64,000 nt of DNA, taken from Eledone cirrhosa (Eukaryota). Below are positions 1-12,819 of this stretch, piece by piece. The notes beneath the pieces are model-generated. The model did not search any database. It was given only the letters and a program-made list of their open reading frames with translations, and was not told where the DNA came from. The stretch spans positions 2,046,001 to 2,110,000 of the forward strand of contig OZ024743.1 of assembly GCA_964016885.1 (NCBI GenBank), in the 5' to 3' direction. The stretch's first letter is position 1. Each line of letters opens with the position of its first letter. Position numbers and translations under genes: made by a program.

Positions 1-2035
1 CTGGGAGGTTTTTACCGGGTTGCCTACATGGCCACATTACAGCGTGGACTGTGTTTTTTTGTCGTGACACCTACACGATCTCATTTGTTTCGGCCTGGAT
101 GGTGTGACACCAACATAACTTTACATAGAAAGGGGCGGTGTGGATGGGGTGGGGTTGGTGGGACGGGGGTGTATTTTATTAGAGATGCCTACTGACTGTA
201 GTAGGTTTTACTATGTATTTAGGTAAGGCGGGTCTTCTCTATTACTGAGTACCGCCAAAGGTCTCGGTCCAGTGACATTGTCTTGGAGAGGTGTAAGTGT
301 GTGAGGTCGGAATTTATCAGCTCGTCCCAGGTTTTTCTGGGTCTGCCTATTCCGTGGCTACCGTCTATCTTTATTGCCCTGCAATATTATACAATTGTTA
401 TACAGCTATCGTCTTTCATGCGCATCACGTGTCCATACCAACGTAGCCTTCTCTCAAGTAAACAACATCTGATCCCTCTTATTTCTAATTTTTTCCTTAG
501 TTCGTTTATGCTTTGCCGTTCACGTATATTACTATTACACATCCAGCGGAGCATGCAAGCTTCGTTCCTCTCTAGTCTGCGTATATCCTCTGCACACAAT
601 GCCCAGGTCTCACTGCCATGCAGCATTGCTGTTCGTATGCAGGCATCATACAACCTGCCTTTCATTTTTAGGGAGAACACTTTAGCGGCTAGTAGTGGTA
701 TAAGCTCTCTGAACTTTTTCCATCCAGTTCTGACTCTAGCTACTGTACTTTCAGAGCACCCTCCCCCACTGCTGATTTTGTCACCCAGGTAACGGAAGCT
801 GTCCACTATTTCTATAGAGCCCTCTGCGCAGTTGAAAGAGCTAGTATTTTGTGGGCACTTGCTGCTACTTATTGCACCAGAGCACCGGCCACATGTGAAA
901 TCTATGTTCTTAGTTAGCTTACCTGTGATCCCACTACATCTTTTATGCACCCATACTATGCATTTCAGACACAATATGGAGTTTCTACCTACGCCTTTCC
1001 TACACACTGAGCATGGCCACTTCCCGGAAGGGACCGCCGCATTATTTTCTTTCCTACAAACTAGAACTTTGGTCTTAGCCAGGTTAATTTTAAGGCCTTT
1101 TGATTCTAGGCCGTGCTTCCATGTTTGGAATTTCTTCTCTAGCTCGGCCATTGATTCAGCTATGAGTGTTAGGTCATCTGCGTATAGGAGTTCCCATGGG
1201 CAGCCGGTCTTGAACTCCTCTGTTATAGCCTGAAGGGCAATAATAAATAGGAGGGGGCTGAGAACAGAGCCCTGATGGACGCCAACTTTTACGCTAAACT
1301 CTTCACTATATTCGTTGTTAATTCTAACCTTGCTGACTGTTTCTTTATACATGGCTTGTATAGCTCTCACAAGCCATTCGTCAACACCTAGTTTTCTAAG
1401 AGCCCACCAGATAATGGAACGGGGGACTCTGTCGAAGGCTTTCTCCAAGTCGACAAAAGCTAAATATAGGGGTTTACTTTTAGCTAGGTACTGCTCCTGT
1501 AGTTGTCGTACAATGAAAAGAGCGTCTGTGGTACTTTTGCCTGACACAAACCCGAACTGCATTTCATCGAGGTCAATTCTCTCTCTGATTAGTTGCGCTA
1601 TTACTTTTTCCGTGACCTTCATGACCTGGTCGATTAATTTAATGCCTCTATAGTTACTCCTATCTAGGGCATCTCCTTTACCCTTATAACAGTTAACGAT
1701 GATGCTGCTACGCCAGTCCTTCGGAACAACCCCATTCTGTACGACTTGGTTAACTATCTGGGTGACCATGGTGTGTCCCACCGTGCCAGATGCCTTCAGC
1801 ATCTCAGCAACTATTTCCGAAGGCCCAGCCGCCTTACCCGTCTTCATATCCTTGATTGCCTTACTTATTATACTACCTTCGACTAACACTGCTGGTCCCT
1901 CTATTGGGTCGATGTGGGGGAGACTGTCTTTCTCCCATTTATTCTCCTCATTTAGTAGCCTTTCATAGTGACACTTCCAAGCTACCTTCTTATCAGCATC
2001 GGTGATGGCAAGTACTCTGTCATCTTGTCCATGGG
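1..2035 (-). mobile_element. 5'-truncated RTE-clade LINE (RT ORF2 remnant plus 3' UTR) in a COG7 intron
   Basis: ORF 387-2063 has non-LTR RT motifs (NYRGIKL, FVDLEKAFDRV, GVHQGSVLSPLLF, LLYADD, FRYLG) and an RTE-type C-terminus (RLRWYGHVMR, then GRPRKTW further down). A short insertion near 385-400 truncates the frame relative to the sister copy. The 3' UTR continues past the window start. Confidence 0.9.
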
Positions 2036-2102
2036 GAGAAACTAAGATATAACATCTAGCCAAGGCTGTAGTGTCTGCCTGTTTTTCATTATTTAATTTG
2101 GG

Positions 2103-2225
2103 GGATTGGCAGTATCGGTAGAGCGTCAGACACCATGTTTTGCAGCATAGAGTTATGGCCCTTTACGTTCTGAGTTCAAATCGCGCTGAGGTTAGCTTTG
2201 CTTTTCATCCTTACGGAGTCAATAG
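2103..2225 (+). mobile_element. tRNA-derived SINE (partial)
   Basis: A-box-like TGGCAGTATCGG, B-box-like GAGTTCAAATC and the CTTTCATCCTTACGG core shared with about 10 other copies in the window. Confidence 0.75.
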
Positions 2226-2391
2226 GTAATTGCTGCCAAAAGTAGAAATAATTATTTAATTTTTTTCTTTTCCTATTTTCTATGTGATATATTTATGTAA
2301 ATAAAATTCTATAATCAATAAATTATTTTAAAAAAAAGAAAACGATTTATTGTGTTTTTTTAAATTCTGTTTGTATTCTCTAAATTTCCAG

Positions 2392-2475
2392 GTGTGGACA
2401 TCACTGAGTGCAGGAACAGCTATAACCTCTGACCTCCCAGCATTTAGTCTCTCACCTCAAGAATACATCACTAAG
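2392..2475 (+). CDS. COG7: COG7 (conserved oligomeric Golgi complex subunit 7), internal exon
   Basis: ag|...|gt boundaries, 84 nt, phase 0-0. Encodes VWTSLSAGTAITSDLPAFSLSPQEYITK, matching the COG7 LPAFSLxPxEYI motif. Confidence 0.88.
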
Positions 2476-2647
2476 GTAAACACTGTTACTTCCTTTTAGT
2501 TGGCTACTTCTATACGATTCATGACTAAATTGTTTTTTTATATGGAAAATGTATGAACTAGATGTGGTCCTCATCTAGGAGGCCAGTAATTACTGCTGCT
2601 TAGCTCCAAGCCAAACATGTTTGAACAGCCATGACCATTCAGTCCTT

Positions 2648-3232
2648 TTATCATCATCATCATCATCATCGTTTAACGTCCATCTTCCACGCTTGCATGG
2701 GTTTGGACGGGAGTTTTCCCACTTGAGGCAAGAGTGGTTGTCTTGTTCGTATAGGACTGTCTGGCGGGTTTTCTATGGCTGGATGCCCTTCCTAACACCA
2801 ACCACGTTTACAGTGTGGACTGGGAGGTTTTTACCGTGTTACCTACACGGCCACATTACAGCATAGACTGTGTGTTTTTTTGTCGTGACACCTACACGAC
2901 CTCATTTGTTTTGGACTGGATGTTGTGGTACCAACATAACATTACATTGAAAGGGGTGGTGTGGCTGGGGTGGGGGTGGTGAGACGGGGGTGTATTTTTG
3001 TTAGAGGTGCCTACTGACTGTAGTAGGTTTCACTTTGTACTTAGGTAAGGCGGGTCTTCTGTATTACTGTGTAGCGCCAAAGATCTCGGTCCAGTGACAT
3101 TGTCTTGGAGAGGTGTAAGTGTGTGAGGTTGGAATTTATCAAGTCGTCCCAGGTTTTTCTGGGTCTGCCTACTCCGTGGCTACCGTCTATTTTTATTGCC
3201 CTGCACTTTTTTATACAGCTGTCGTCTTTTAT
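2648..3232 (-). mobile_element. 3' fragment of the same RTE LINE with (TGA)n tail
   Basis: Highly similar to 1-420. Encodes KDDSCIKKCRAIKIDGSHGVGRPRKTW...; a (TCA)n run at about 2650-2670 is the tail. Confidence 0.85.
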
Positions 3233-3334
3233 ATTTAAGACAATCCAACCCATGTCAGTATGGAAATTGTACATAAAACGATGATGATGATATAGAAACT
3301 TCTCATTGATTCTCACACATTTCATTTCCCACAG

Positions 3335-3449
3335 GTTGGTCAATACTTAATGACTTTACCACAATTATTGGAACCATATATAATCCAAGACAATCAAGCT
3401 GTCACTGTGGCATTGCAGCATGGCCGTTTACCATACACAGAAGATCAAG
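3335..3449 (+). CDS. COG7: COG7 internal exon
   Basis: cag|...|gtaa, 115 nt, phase 0-1. VGQYLMTLPQLLEPYIIQDNQAVTVALQHGRLPYTEDQ, matching the COG7 GQYxMxLPxxLEP motif. Confidence 0.9.
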
Positions 3450-4079
3450 GTAAATATATTTCTCTCTTAACATCTGAAAACATCATACTTTGACAAAAAC
3501 AAACAACAACAACCAGTATTTTAAGGTTATTTTCCCTGATAAAGTAAGGGTTAACCTTGCAGTTCCTATGATAAGGCTTTCTATTTTGTCCTATCATCTG
3601 CATCCCACCTTACCAGCTTTCATTCCATTCTCTTCTTACTCACTTTCATCCTTCCTCAGCACATGAGCCAACCGCCTCATTCCATTTGCAATCATCACTC
3701 TTTAACAAACAGTTATACTTAAAACTTTAGACCTTACCATTTTCACTCACAAACCAACTTATTCCATGTTTGAACTGTTTATACTCACTAATTGTCAACT
3801 ACAGGGACCATAGTTTCCTTGGATACCACTGTTTACTATTTGTGAATTATTATTTTATGCCCATTTTCTCATGCTTGCATGTGTTAGACGAAGCCTGGAG
3901 CTTACCCTGGTTTCATTGGAGTTAAGCAAGTGAAAGTACAAGGCTCCAGTCTGTTGTAGGATTAACCCCCTCTTGCTGATAGAACTAAAAGACACAATGC
4001 ATCATCAAATCTGGGAATTGAGCCAATATCCTAACCATATACCTTTATTATATATACTTTTATATATAGATATAAGTAG

Positions 4080-5165
4080 TTGACCTCAGTGGGATTTGAA
4101 CTCAGAACTTGCCACAAACGAAGTAGTTGACCTGTGGGATTTGAACTCAGAAGTGCCACAAATGTCTGACACTCAAACGAATAAGTCAACCTGATTGGTA
4201 ATAATAATTGTTTCTAACTTAGGCACAAGGTTAATCATTTTAGAGTGAGAGGAAAATCAATTAAATCGACCTCAGTGCATTACTGGTATTTATTCAATCG
4301 ACCCCCCCCCCCCCCCCCTCAAGGATGAAAGGCAAAGCTAACCTCAGCAGGATTTGAACTTAGAACGTAAAGGGCTGTAACTATGATGTAAAGCATATTG
4401 ACCGACGCTCTACCAATTTAGACACAAGGCCAGCAATCTTGGGGAGAGGAGCTTGATTACATTGACTCCAGTATTTGACTAATACTTTATCGACCCCAGA
4501 AAGATGAAAATCAAAGTTGATTTTAGCAGGATTTGAACACGGAACATAAATAACCAGTCAAATACTACTAAGCATTTGTCCAACCCTCTAATAACTCTGC
4601 CAACACAACACTCATAATAATTGTTTCTACTTTTGGCACAATTACCCAGTGCATTACTGGTACTTTATTTTATCAACCCCGTAAGGATGAAAGACAAAGT
4701 TAACTTCGACGGGATTTGAACTCAGAAGGGCAAGGGCCGTAACTCTATGCGTCAAAGCATGGCGTCCGACCCTCTACCGAAACTGCCAAGGCACCTCACA
4801 ACACTCATAATAATGATTTCTAATATTGGCACAAGGCCAGTAGTTTTTTGGGGGGAAGGAAAAGTTGATTATATCAACCCCGGAAGAATGAAAGGCAAAG
4901 TTGACCTTGATGGGATTATAACTCAGAAAGTAAAGAACCAGAACAAATACTGGTAAGCATTTGTTCAACACTCTATCAATTCTGCCAACACAACACTCAT
5001 AATAATTGTTTCTACTTTTGGCACAAGGCCAGCAATTATCTTAGTGTATTACTGGTACTTTATTTTATCAACCCCGTAAGGATGAAAGGCAAAGTTAACC
5101 TCGGCAGGATTTGAACTCAGACCATAAAGGGCTGTAACTCTTTGTTGCAAAGCATGGCGTCCGAC
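4080..5165 (-). repeat. Tandem cluster of about 6 tRNA-SINE copies/fragments
   Basis: Repeated GGATGAAAGGCAAAGTTAACCTCGGCAGGATTTGAACTCAGA units; ~4420-4790 resembles ~4820-5165. Confidence 0.8.
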
Positions 5166-5285
5166 CCTCTACCGATACTGCCAATAATAATAATAATAGT
5201 AATAATATGCTTAGTACTAATTACTTCCCTAAACAATGACATGTTTAGTTGTTTCTGTTCTCACGTCTGTCTCATAAAATTGCAG

Positions 5286-5417
5286 ATATTCCTGAACATA
5301 GTGCTGACTTGTGGCTGCAGTCAATTGCTAGAGGAACCATGTTTCTGTATTCAGAAGAAATCTTGAAGATTTATGAACTCAGTCCACATGGCACCAAACA
5401 ACTAGTCACAGATCTTG
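5286..5417 (+). CDS. COG7: COG7 penultimate coding exon
   Basis: cag|...|gtaagt, 132 nt, phase 1-1. (D)IPEHSADLWLQSIARGTMFLYSEEILKIYELSPHGTKQLVTDL. Confidence 0.9.
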
Positions 5418-5799
5418 GTAAGTAAACGGTTTTCATTTTCAATAATTCTCTCTTTTTTATGTTCAGATGGGGGAAAGAAGAAGGAATCAGAAATGACCTA
5501 TGTTGTATGTTATGGACACAGACATGGCTGAGTGGTTAAGAAGTTTGCATTGCAATAATGAGCTCTCGGGTTTGATCCATTGCATGACTTCTTGAGCAAG
5601 TGTCTTTACCATAGCTTTGGTAGTGTGGGTGAAATTGGGCAGATCAAAACTGTGTGGAAGCCCATCAGATTAATTGTACAAATAATTCAATGGTTCTGCC
5701 TTGTTGCATATTTTATCATACTGATTCAACTTGGGAAGTACGTTAAAAGTACATGTGTCTGTGGAATACTCAACCACTTACACATTAATTCACAAGTTG

Positions 5800-6420
5800 G
5801 ACATTCATTGTAGAAACTGTTGGAGAATATTTCACCATTAACCTACAAGAATAACAGTAAATATAGGTCAGAAAAGGAGTTGGGAGAAACTCCACACAAT
5901 ATTCTAAATATAAACAATGGATACACAAGATCTGTAGTAGTATCACAGACAGGCTAACACAGAAAAGAGATTCTGTGTATGGCAGATGCACAGGAATAGT
6001 TAGCAGTAAATGCACTAGTTGAAATAAACATTTTCCAATCCAAACAATGCTCTATAGAAGTAGTTGATAGTTTCTGTGACCTATGTGACATAATTAGCAT
6101 AGTAGCTAGAATAAGAACAGTATGTAAAAAGTTTAAGGAGCTACCATCACTGCTGGCAACAAAGTTATTCTCTTTCTGTGCAAAGGCTAGATTGCACTAC
6201 CCATGCAAACATCATGCAATGTTGCAAGGTAGTGAGATCTGGCCATTGAATGGTGAGGATATGCTGCAAAGGTCAGAAAGAAACAAAGCAAACCTGCTTT
6301 GCTGAATGTGTAATGCATGCATGATGAAGCACAGTTGGATTGAGAGAAAAACTGGTTGTAAGAGAAACGATCTCACACACAAAAGAGAAGACTGATACAC
6401 ACATAATACATATGGAGGAT
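5800..6420 (+). mobile_element. Old, decayed RTE LINE fragment
   Basis: Degenerate match to the PHD-like/thumb region of the RTE at 387-2063 (RKGVGRNS, EVVDSF, GSE.W), with many stops. Confidence 0.6.
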
Positions 6421-6516
6421 GATAGTTGGGTGAAGTGCTATTTTCTCTAAGTTTGTTTCACTTGTTTAATAATCTCAAACAACTTGCTCTAATGTACTTT
6501 TTATTTTATTTTTCAG

Positions 6517-6680
6517 ATTATTTATGCAATGTTTTAGATGACCTTGGCCTAAGTGCTGAACAAATGCATGACATCAAGCATCTATTGAAAGCTGACCCAG
6601 ATGAATTCCGACCTCTGGCTAGTCGAATGCCTCAAAGACTAGCCCATGTGATAAGTCAGATGAGAAACATAGAGCTGTAG
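6517..6680 (+). CDS. COG7: COG7 terminal coding exon
   Basis: Polypyrimidine tract then tttcag|, phase 1. (D)YLCNVLDDLGLSAEQMHDIKHLLKADPDEFRPLASRMPQRLAHVISQMRNIEL* matches the COG7 C-terminus. AATAAA candidates lie downstream at ~7050, ~7437 and ~8769. Confidence 0.9.
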
Positions 6681-9664
6681 TAACAAACAATATTTCTCAG
6701 GATACCATTTATGTCAGCTGTAAAAACAAACTACATCTTAAAAGTCAGATGAGAAACATTGTGCTGTTTCTTCTAGAGTAACTCGTAAGTTAGATTAAGA
6801 TATTTAGACAAACAAATCTAAATTGTTTCTGTTTATTTTTTGGGGGGGTTCACCATTATCCAAGTAGGTTTTCAAATACCTTACATGAAAAATAGCCTGT
6901 GGTTCTGACGAAAATCTAATTAAAATTCATTTTAATAAGTTATAGATTTAAATATATGTGCACATACATATTGTCTTATATATGAACATAAATTTATATA
7001 TATATATATATGTGTTTTATATATATATAGGTTTTTAGAATCCAATATCAATAAATAGACCAGGATTTTTTCATTCTGATGATTGAAAGCAAAATTTTTT
7101 GCTTTTAAGAAACCACTGGTGAATGGAATAATTGCCTTATGTTGTTTATTACATAACTATATATATACATATATACACACTGGTAATATATAGAATCAAA
7201 CCTGAAATATTTTTTTCTGTTTTACTGTTTCTAAATCAACAGTATTCATTAATATGTGATTAACATAATTCCTTGAAACAGAAATGGAAGTTGTGATACT
7301 CATGCCTTTCCGGGGGTGGGGTGGGGGGGGATTAGTGACACAAGGGAAGTGAAATAGCTGGGAGTGGAATAACTTGGAGCCAATACTGTGCTGTGAGTTC
7401 CACTTGCCGGGAGTTTATTCAATATTCTATATCACTAATAAACACACACTCTCACACTATTCTAAAACATTTGTGTATGTATGTTAACTAATTGCTGATA
7501 GCTGACTATGAAATATTTCAGGATTGATTTATTCAAAGTATTATTAACCCTTTTGTTAACATATATATTTAATTAAAGGTATTACTTATGATTTTAGAAA
7601 ATAATTAAGAATTTGGAAGGAATTAGTAAACTAACTTATTATTAAGCTGGCATTTGGTATTTAACAAAGGTTCTTACTTATAATTATGATGGAAGGTTTT
7701 TAGATGACTATAAACATTTGAAAACAGTTTTGTATCATAGAACCAGGGGTATTTTCAGATGGTTTGCTATCAGAAGGGTTAAAAAATAGAATATATTTAT
7801 AATAATTATGGTGTTAAATAAGATACAAGACATTTGATGGTAATTATGGATATGTAATGTAATGTACCATAAAAACAATCTAATATATTGTCTTGTGTGG
7901 CAGTAAGTTGTGACAAACAGACTTCAAAATTTCCATTGAAAGCCAAATGTGATTTTTATTACATTTACAAGCAACTGTCATCACAATTCATTTTTTTCCT
8001 GTTCTATTTTGTGTTCTTCCTTCTGTCTGGCATGATAGTAGGACATTGGTTTAGTGAGTGACATTGTGGTATACGTGAGAGCAGCACAGTATTGGTTTTC
8101 ACTTGTTATTAAGGAACCTGCCAGAACAATTCATTATCAACTGACAAACATTCCAGGCAGAATGTTCCATTATTCTCATAACATGTGTAGAATCAGAGAA
8201 TGTATTCATGTAAACACACGGTTGTGTGATAAAGAAGTTTGCTTTGTAACCATGTGGTCTCAGATTCTATTCTACTGCATGCCATCTTGGGCAAATGTTC
8301 TCTACTTTAGCCTCAGGCCAACCAATGCCTTATGAGTAAATTTGGTAGGCAGAAACCGTGTGAAAGTCCATTATATATATATATGTGTGTGTGTGATATG
8401 TATAAGTGCATCTTCATATAGACAAAATAAACAAGCAATGCTGTTTGTTTATGTACTGCATAAACAATATGTCCAACAGCTTAGCAATTCAATGAAAATC
8501 AGCGGTAAAAGTACCACACTTAGAGATAAAACATAGATTGGCATCATGAAGAGTATTAGACCATAGAATACTGTCTCAAAAAAAAAATTCTATTCAATCC
8601 ATGCTAAGATGGAAAAACCTACAGGGAAACGATAGGCAAGAGAGAAAACTCATGTAAATATGTCTTTTAAGGCTGAATGTCAATTTAGAAGATCGTCTTC
8701 TTCACTAAAAGACTCTTGTTTGATCTTACAGAATGGAAAATTGTTATATTAACAGGGAAAAACTGTAAATAAAATTTTAAAGGGATAAAAAATATTTCTG
8801 AATTATATTTTGTTGTTCTTTTAGAGATGTCTCATTTGTTTATTTTACATATTTTGTGAATTGGGTTGTTGACAGAGTTGCAGGTTACAATGGGCTGCCA
8901 ATCACTGGTTCACTACATTTCTTATGGTGAGACAACAGTTAAGTGTCTGTGCAACTGAGATAGAAAAATTTTGAAAAAAAGGTATTTATTGTTCTTTCGG
9001 TTGAAAGAGTTACAACAGATCCCTGTTGTTGTTGTTGTTGTTGAACAACAGGAACAGAGTTACAACAGAGGAATAGTGTAGAGAGTCACAAGAGACTGTT
9101 ATAGACAGCAACAGTTACAACAGGCCATGTTCTCTACAGAACCCAGTCTTGAGGTTAAACAATAAAAAAGGACACATTTGATAATCTATGCCTGAAATGG
9201 TCAAGCTGGAACAATTTTAACTCTGTTACCATATTTCTAATGAAATACACTGCCTATGTTTTTCAAATAATCAGGAATTGAGAGGGATTTAATAATATAA
9301 TTTTCTCATGATTAACTCTTAACACCCTGTAATGATTTAGAAAACATCTAAAAACGTATTTGTTAATTTAAATGATTATAGTATCTTTTGTGGACAGATC
9401 ATTGTGAAAATGTGCTGTATTAGGGATAAAGACTAATCTTTAACATTATAGTCATAATGGTGTTTTGTACTTTTTTTCAAGAATGCCTTATTAATGAGGT
9501 TTCCTGCAGTACAGGATGTTAAGAGTTAAGTTGGTATTTGGAACACATTGGTGGTCTTACATTAAATTCTGATGGAAGGTTTTTAGATAAATTTATATGT
9601 ATGTAGTAGATATTCAGGGTCAGTTGTCAGTAAGAGTGCCAATAATATAAACCTTTTCCAATCC

Positions 9665-10235
9665 CAGGAAGGTCCATAGAAGTGGTTGATAGTTTCTGCT
9701 ACTTAGGTTATATAATCAGCAGTGAAGGGTGCTCAGAGAGCATAGAAGCTAGAATAAGGACAGGATGGAAGAAGGTTAGGGAACCGCTAACAACAAAAGG
9801 TTTCTCCCGCGAATGAAAGGTCAACTGTATGATGCTTGTATGTAAGGTGCCATGCTGTAGTGAGACATGGGCAGTGAACAAAGAGGATATGCAGAGGCTG
9901 GAGAGACATGAGGCAAGCAAGCTTTGATGGATGTGCAAGAGCAACAAAGCATGGATGAACTGAGGAGGAAACTGAGTATAAGAGGAATCAGAAGTAGTGT
10001 GCAGGAGAGATTTGATACAGACATATGATGCACATTGATGATGACCACTGGGTGAAAAAGTGTCAAATAATCACAGAGGAAGACATGGATGGAAGTGTTG
10101 AGAGCTGATTTCAGATAACTAAACCTCATGGAGGAGATGACAAACAAACGCAACAAGTGGAGAGATGCTGTAATGAGAAGGACCTGTCCAACCCATGCAC
10201 ACATCGAACAACAGACGTAAAATAATGACGATGAT
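9665..10235 (+). mobile_element. Decayed RTE LINE 3' fragment
   Basis: GSIEVVDSFCYLG..ISSEGCSESIEARIRTGWKK, matching the RTE ORF2 C-terminal part; frameshifted. Confidence 0.7.
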
Positions 10236-10498
10236 ACATTTGAAAACAAACAGTTTTATATTGTAGAACCAATGTTGGTTTCAGACAGTTTGGTATCAAA
10301 TGGGTTAATCACCTGTCTGATTAAGGCTGACCTGGGACTGACCAACAACAACTATGCCTGAATAAGATAAATAAAATCCTACACAACAGAGGCAATTTTA
10401 AGATTTTGTTTTTTATTTCAACAAATCAAAACATCCAAATGTTAATTAGATGATTCAATTAAATTGCTTAATGTAATTAACTACAGATCTACTGTTTC

Positions 10499-10537
10499 CT
10501 ATTCCTGCTGACTGTTCTTGTATGTAGTCACACTTTC
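10499..10537 (-). CDS. POLR1D: POLR1D (RPAC2/AC19) terminal exon
   Basis: ttttgcag| then ESVTTYKNSQQE*, phase 0. AATAAA on the minus strand at ~10412-10417. Confidence 0.75.
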   Translation of the reverse strand, partial: ESVTTYKNSQQE

Positions 10538-10679
10538 CTGCAAAACAAAAAAGGAAAGAACAGTTAAAAACATAATTTGATTGAAACCAAACATCAAAAG
10601 TTAAACATTTGTTCCATCCTTATACAATAAACTCATTTTATGATTTTATATATGTTAGCAAAGCACATGGTAACTTCAC

Positions 10680-11215
10680 TAGTGCTGGTTCCATAATAAA
10701 TTACACCCTGTAAAGTGGATGATGAAGGAGTAGAAACAATATAAGGTAATAGATTTCTTTGAGGACATGGCAACTTCTTCAGTGCTGGTGCTATGAGAAA
10801 ATGTACTCAATACACTCTGTAAAGAGGTTGGCAAATGAATGGAGATAACATAGAGAGGCCTCTTTGAGGATATGACAACTTCCCTAGTGATGGTGCTACA
10901 ATAAGTTTCACCCAGTACACTCTGTAAAGTGGTTGACAAACAAGCAGAGACAACATACAATAAAAAAGTTTCTTCAGTCATGCTGAAGACATGACAATTT
11001 CCTTTCTGCTGGTGCCATGATAAAATGCACCCAGTACATTTTGTAAAGTGGTTCGCAAGTGAACATAGACAATCTAGAGCAGTTGTCAAAGACTTGATAA
11101 CTTCTTGTGCTGGTTCCACAATGAAATGCAGTCAGTACAACTATGTAAATTGGTCAACAAATGAACACAGACAACATAGAGAGGCCTCTTTAGTCATGTC
11201 AAGGACATAACTTCC
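10680..11215 (+). repeat. Degenerate tandem repeat, 5 units of ~100-120 bp
   Basis: Recurring GTGCTGGTGCCA.AATAAAATGCACCCAGTACACTCTGTAAAGTGGTT at ~10681, 10781, 10887, 11007 and 11107. Confidence 0.7.
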
Positions 11216-11820
11216 CTTATGTTACAATGACATTGTCAATGCCTCCCTAAAATACTTTAGTATCAATCCAATGTTCTGAAAGATCCACCTGACACAGTCT
11301 CGTTAGAAAAGGTGTCATAACTTCTAAGGAAGCTAAGAACAGAAGGAGCTGAGCAGGTCCAGAGCCACTACACCCATCTAATATGCAACAGAATGTTTCA
11401 TGTTTATATCAACTAAAAATATTGACAGAAAATCAGTTGAAAATTAAGAGGTTTGTTTTACAGAACCTGTAAAGATGGGATCTCATGAATTATCAAAGGA
11501 AACCTTTATATGGTCATGCAATCTGCTAAAAGTAGCAGTCATGCCTTCTTAAATCACAACATACTGTCTCAAAAACAGAAAGAACATTTTAGTTAATCTA
11601 GTCCTAGATCTCATCATCATCATTTTTATGTTGTCATTTTTCTACTCTCAGTTAACTGGCAGCGGCTATGCTGGGGTATTATATCTATAGAAATAAAAGA
11701 TCATAGTTGGAATACCTTTTGATCATAGCTCTATCAAGGCTTATCTAGGGATAAAGAACAACAAGGTACCTTGCCACCCCAATTCTTGTTCAGTTTTCTA
11801 GTTGAAAAGAGTGTACTTAC

Positions 11821-11900
11821 CTCAAATTTATCCAGAACTATTTTACATAGAGAATCTAAATTATTAAGTCCATCAACTAAAACTTCCACAGCAGGAGTAA
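11821..11900 (-). CDS. POLR1D: POLR1D exon
   Basis: ttag|...|gtaagt, 80 nt, phase 1-0. (V)TPAVEVLVDGLNNLDSLCKIVLDKFE, the AC19 C-terminal helix. Confidence 0.88.
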
Positions 11901-12653
11901 CTAAAGAGAAAAAATATATGAAGAAATAGAAATAAAAACACATTAAAAAGAAAATTGAAATATAATATAACAAATCAGTATAATAAAACAGCAATAAAAA
12001 ATATCAAAAACAACTTTATCATCATTTTACCTGCTGGGGTTATTACAATCTGTAACAAGTCAGATAACTACATCTTGCTTATATTTAATGTCCATTTTTC
12101 AAGTTAGCATGGGTAGGACAGGCTGTCTCTTTGTGAGAGATCAAGTCGGAGGACCGTGTTTCACTCACACAGAACTAATTTTACAGTGTGTACTAGGTCC
12201 CCATTATATTTTGTACATTGGCATAGTTTTTATGGCTGGATGTCCTTCCTAATACAAACTATTTCACAGTGTACTAAGTCCCCTTTATTGTTCTTTTCCT
12301 CTAAAGCAATAAATGTATTACAACAATATGGATATTTAAACATATTATACTGTACGGGGCAGATAGAGTGCCTTGTGGTGTTGTTCCAGCTCTCAGAGTT
12401 TAAATCCTGCCAAAGTTAACTTTCCCTGTCATCCTTTGGGAGTTGAGAAATAAAGTCCAGCGAGTGTCATAGAGAAGTGACACTTGCATACATTGGTGAC
12501 AGTTGGTTTAAAAAAAAAGAACTTTATCCAGGTTTGTATCTCAGAGGAATTTTCTCATGTGACATATGAAGACATTGATGATGAGGGAATTCTGGTGACA
12601 CTGGATAATGAAATTATGAAGGAGGGAGAGAGGAACTGAAAACTGTAACATAC

Positions 12654-12730
12654 CTTTGCTTTGTATCCGGAAATTGATCTGTTTGTCAAAAGGGTGAGGT
12701 ACACCATATCCACAAAACTCTACTTGGGGA
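12654..12730 (-). CDS. POLR1D: POLR1D exon
   Basis: ttag|...|gtatgt, 77 nt, phase 2-1. (D)PQVEFCGYGVPHPFDKQINFRIQSK, with the AC19-type VEFCGY..HP motif. Confidence 0.92.
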
Positions 12731-12819
12731 CTAATATAAAAAAAAACATCATCAGTTACAGTAGTTCTTCTAATGCTTGAATTTACCTCCACCCACTCCT
12801 TTCTGCACAGACTTTCCAT

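Noticed and set aside
283-1968. Plus-strand ORFs overlapping the RTE; likewise antisense ORFs over Tx1 and the Helitron
   Set aside because: They are shadow frames of transposon coding sequence with no recognisable domains.
6654-6760. 16-bp repeat GTCAGATGAGAAACAT at the COG7 stop and in the 3' UTR
   Set aside because: A small local duplication with no splice acceptor or frame support for an alternative C-terminus.
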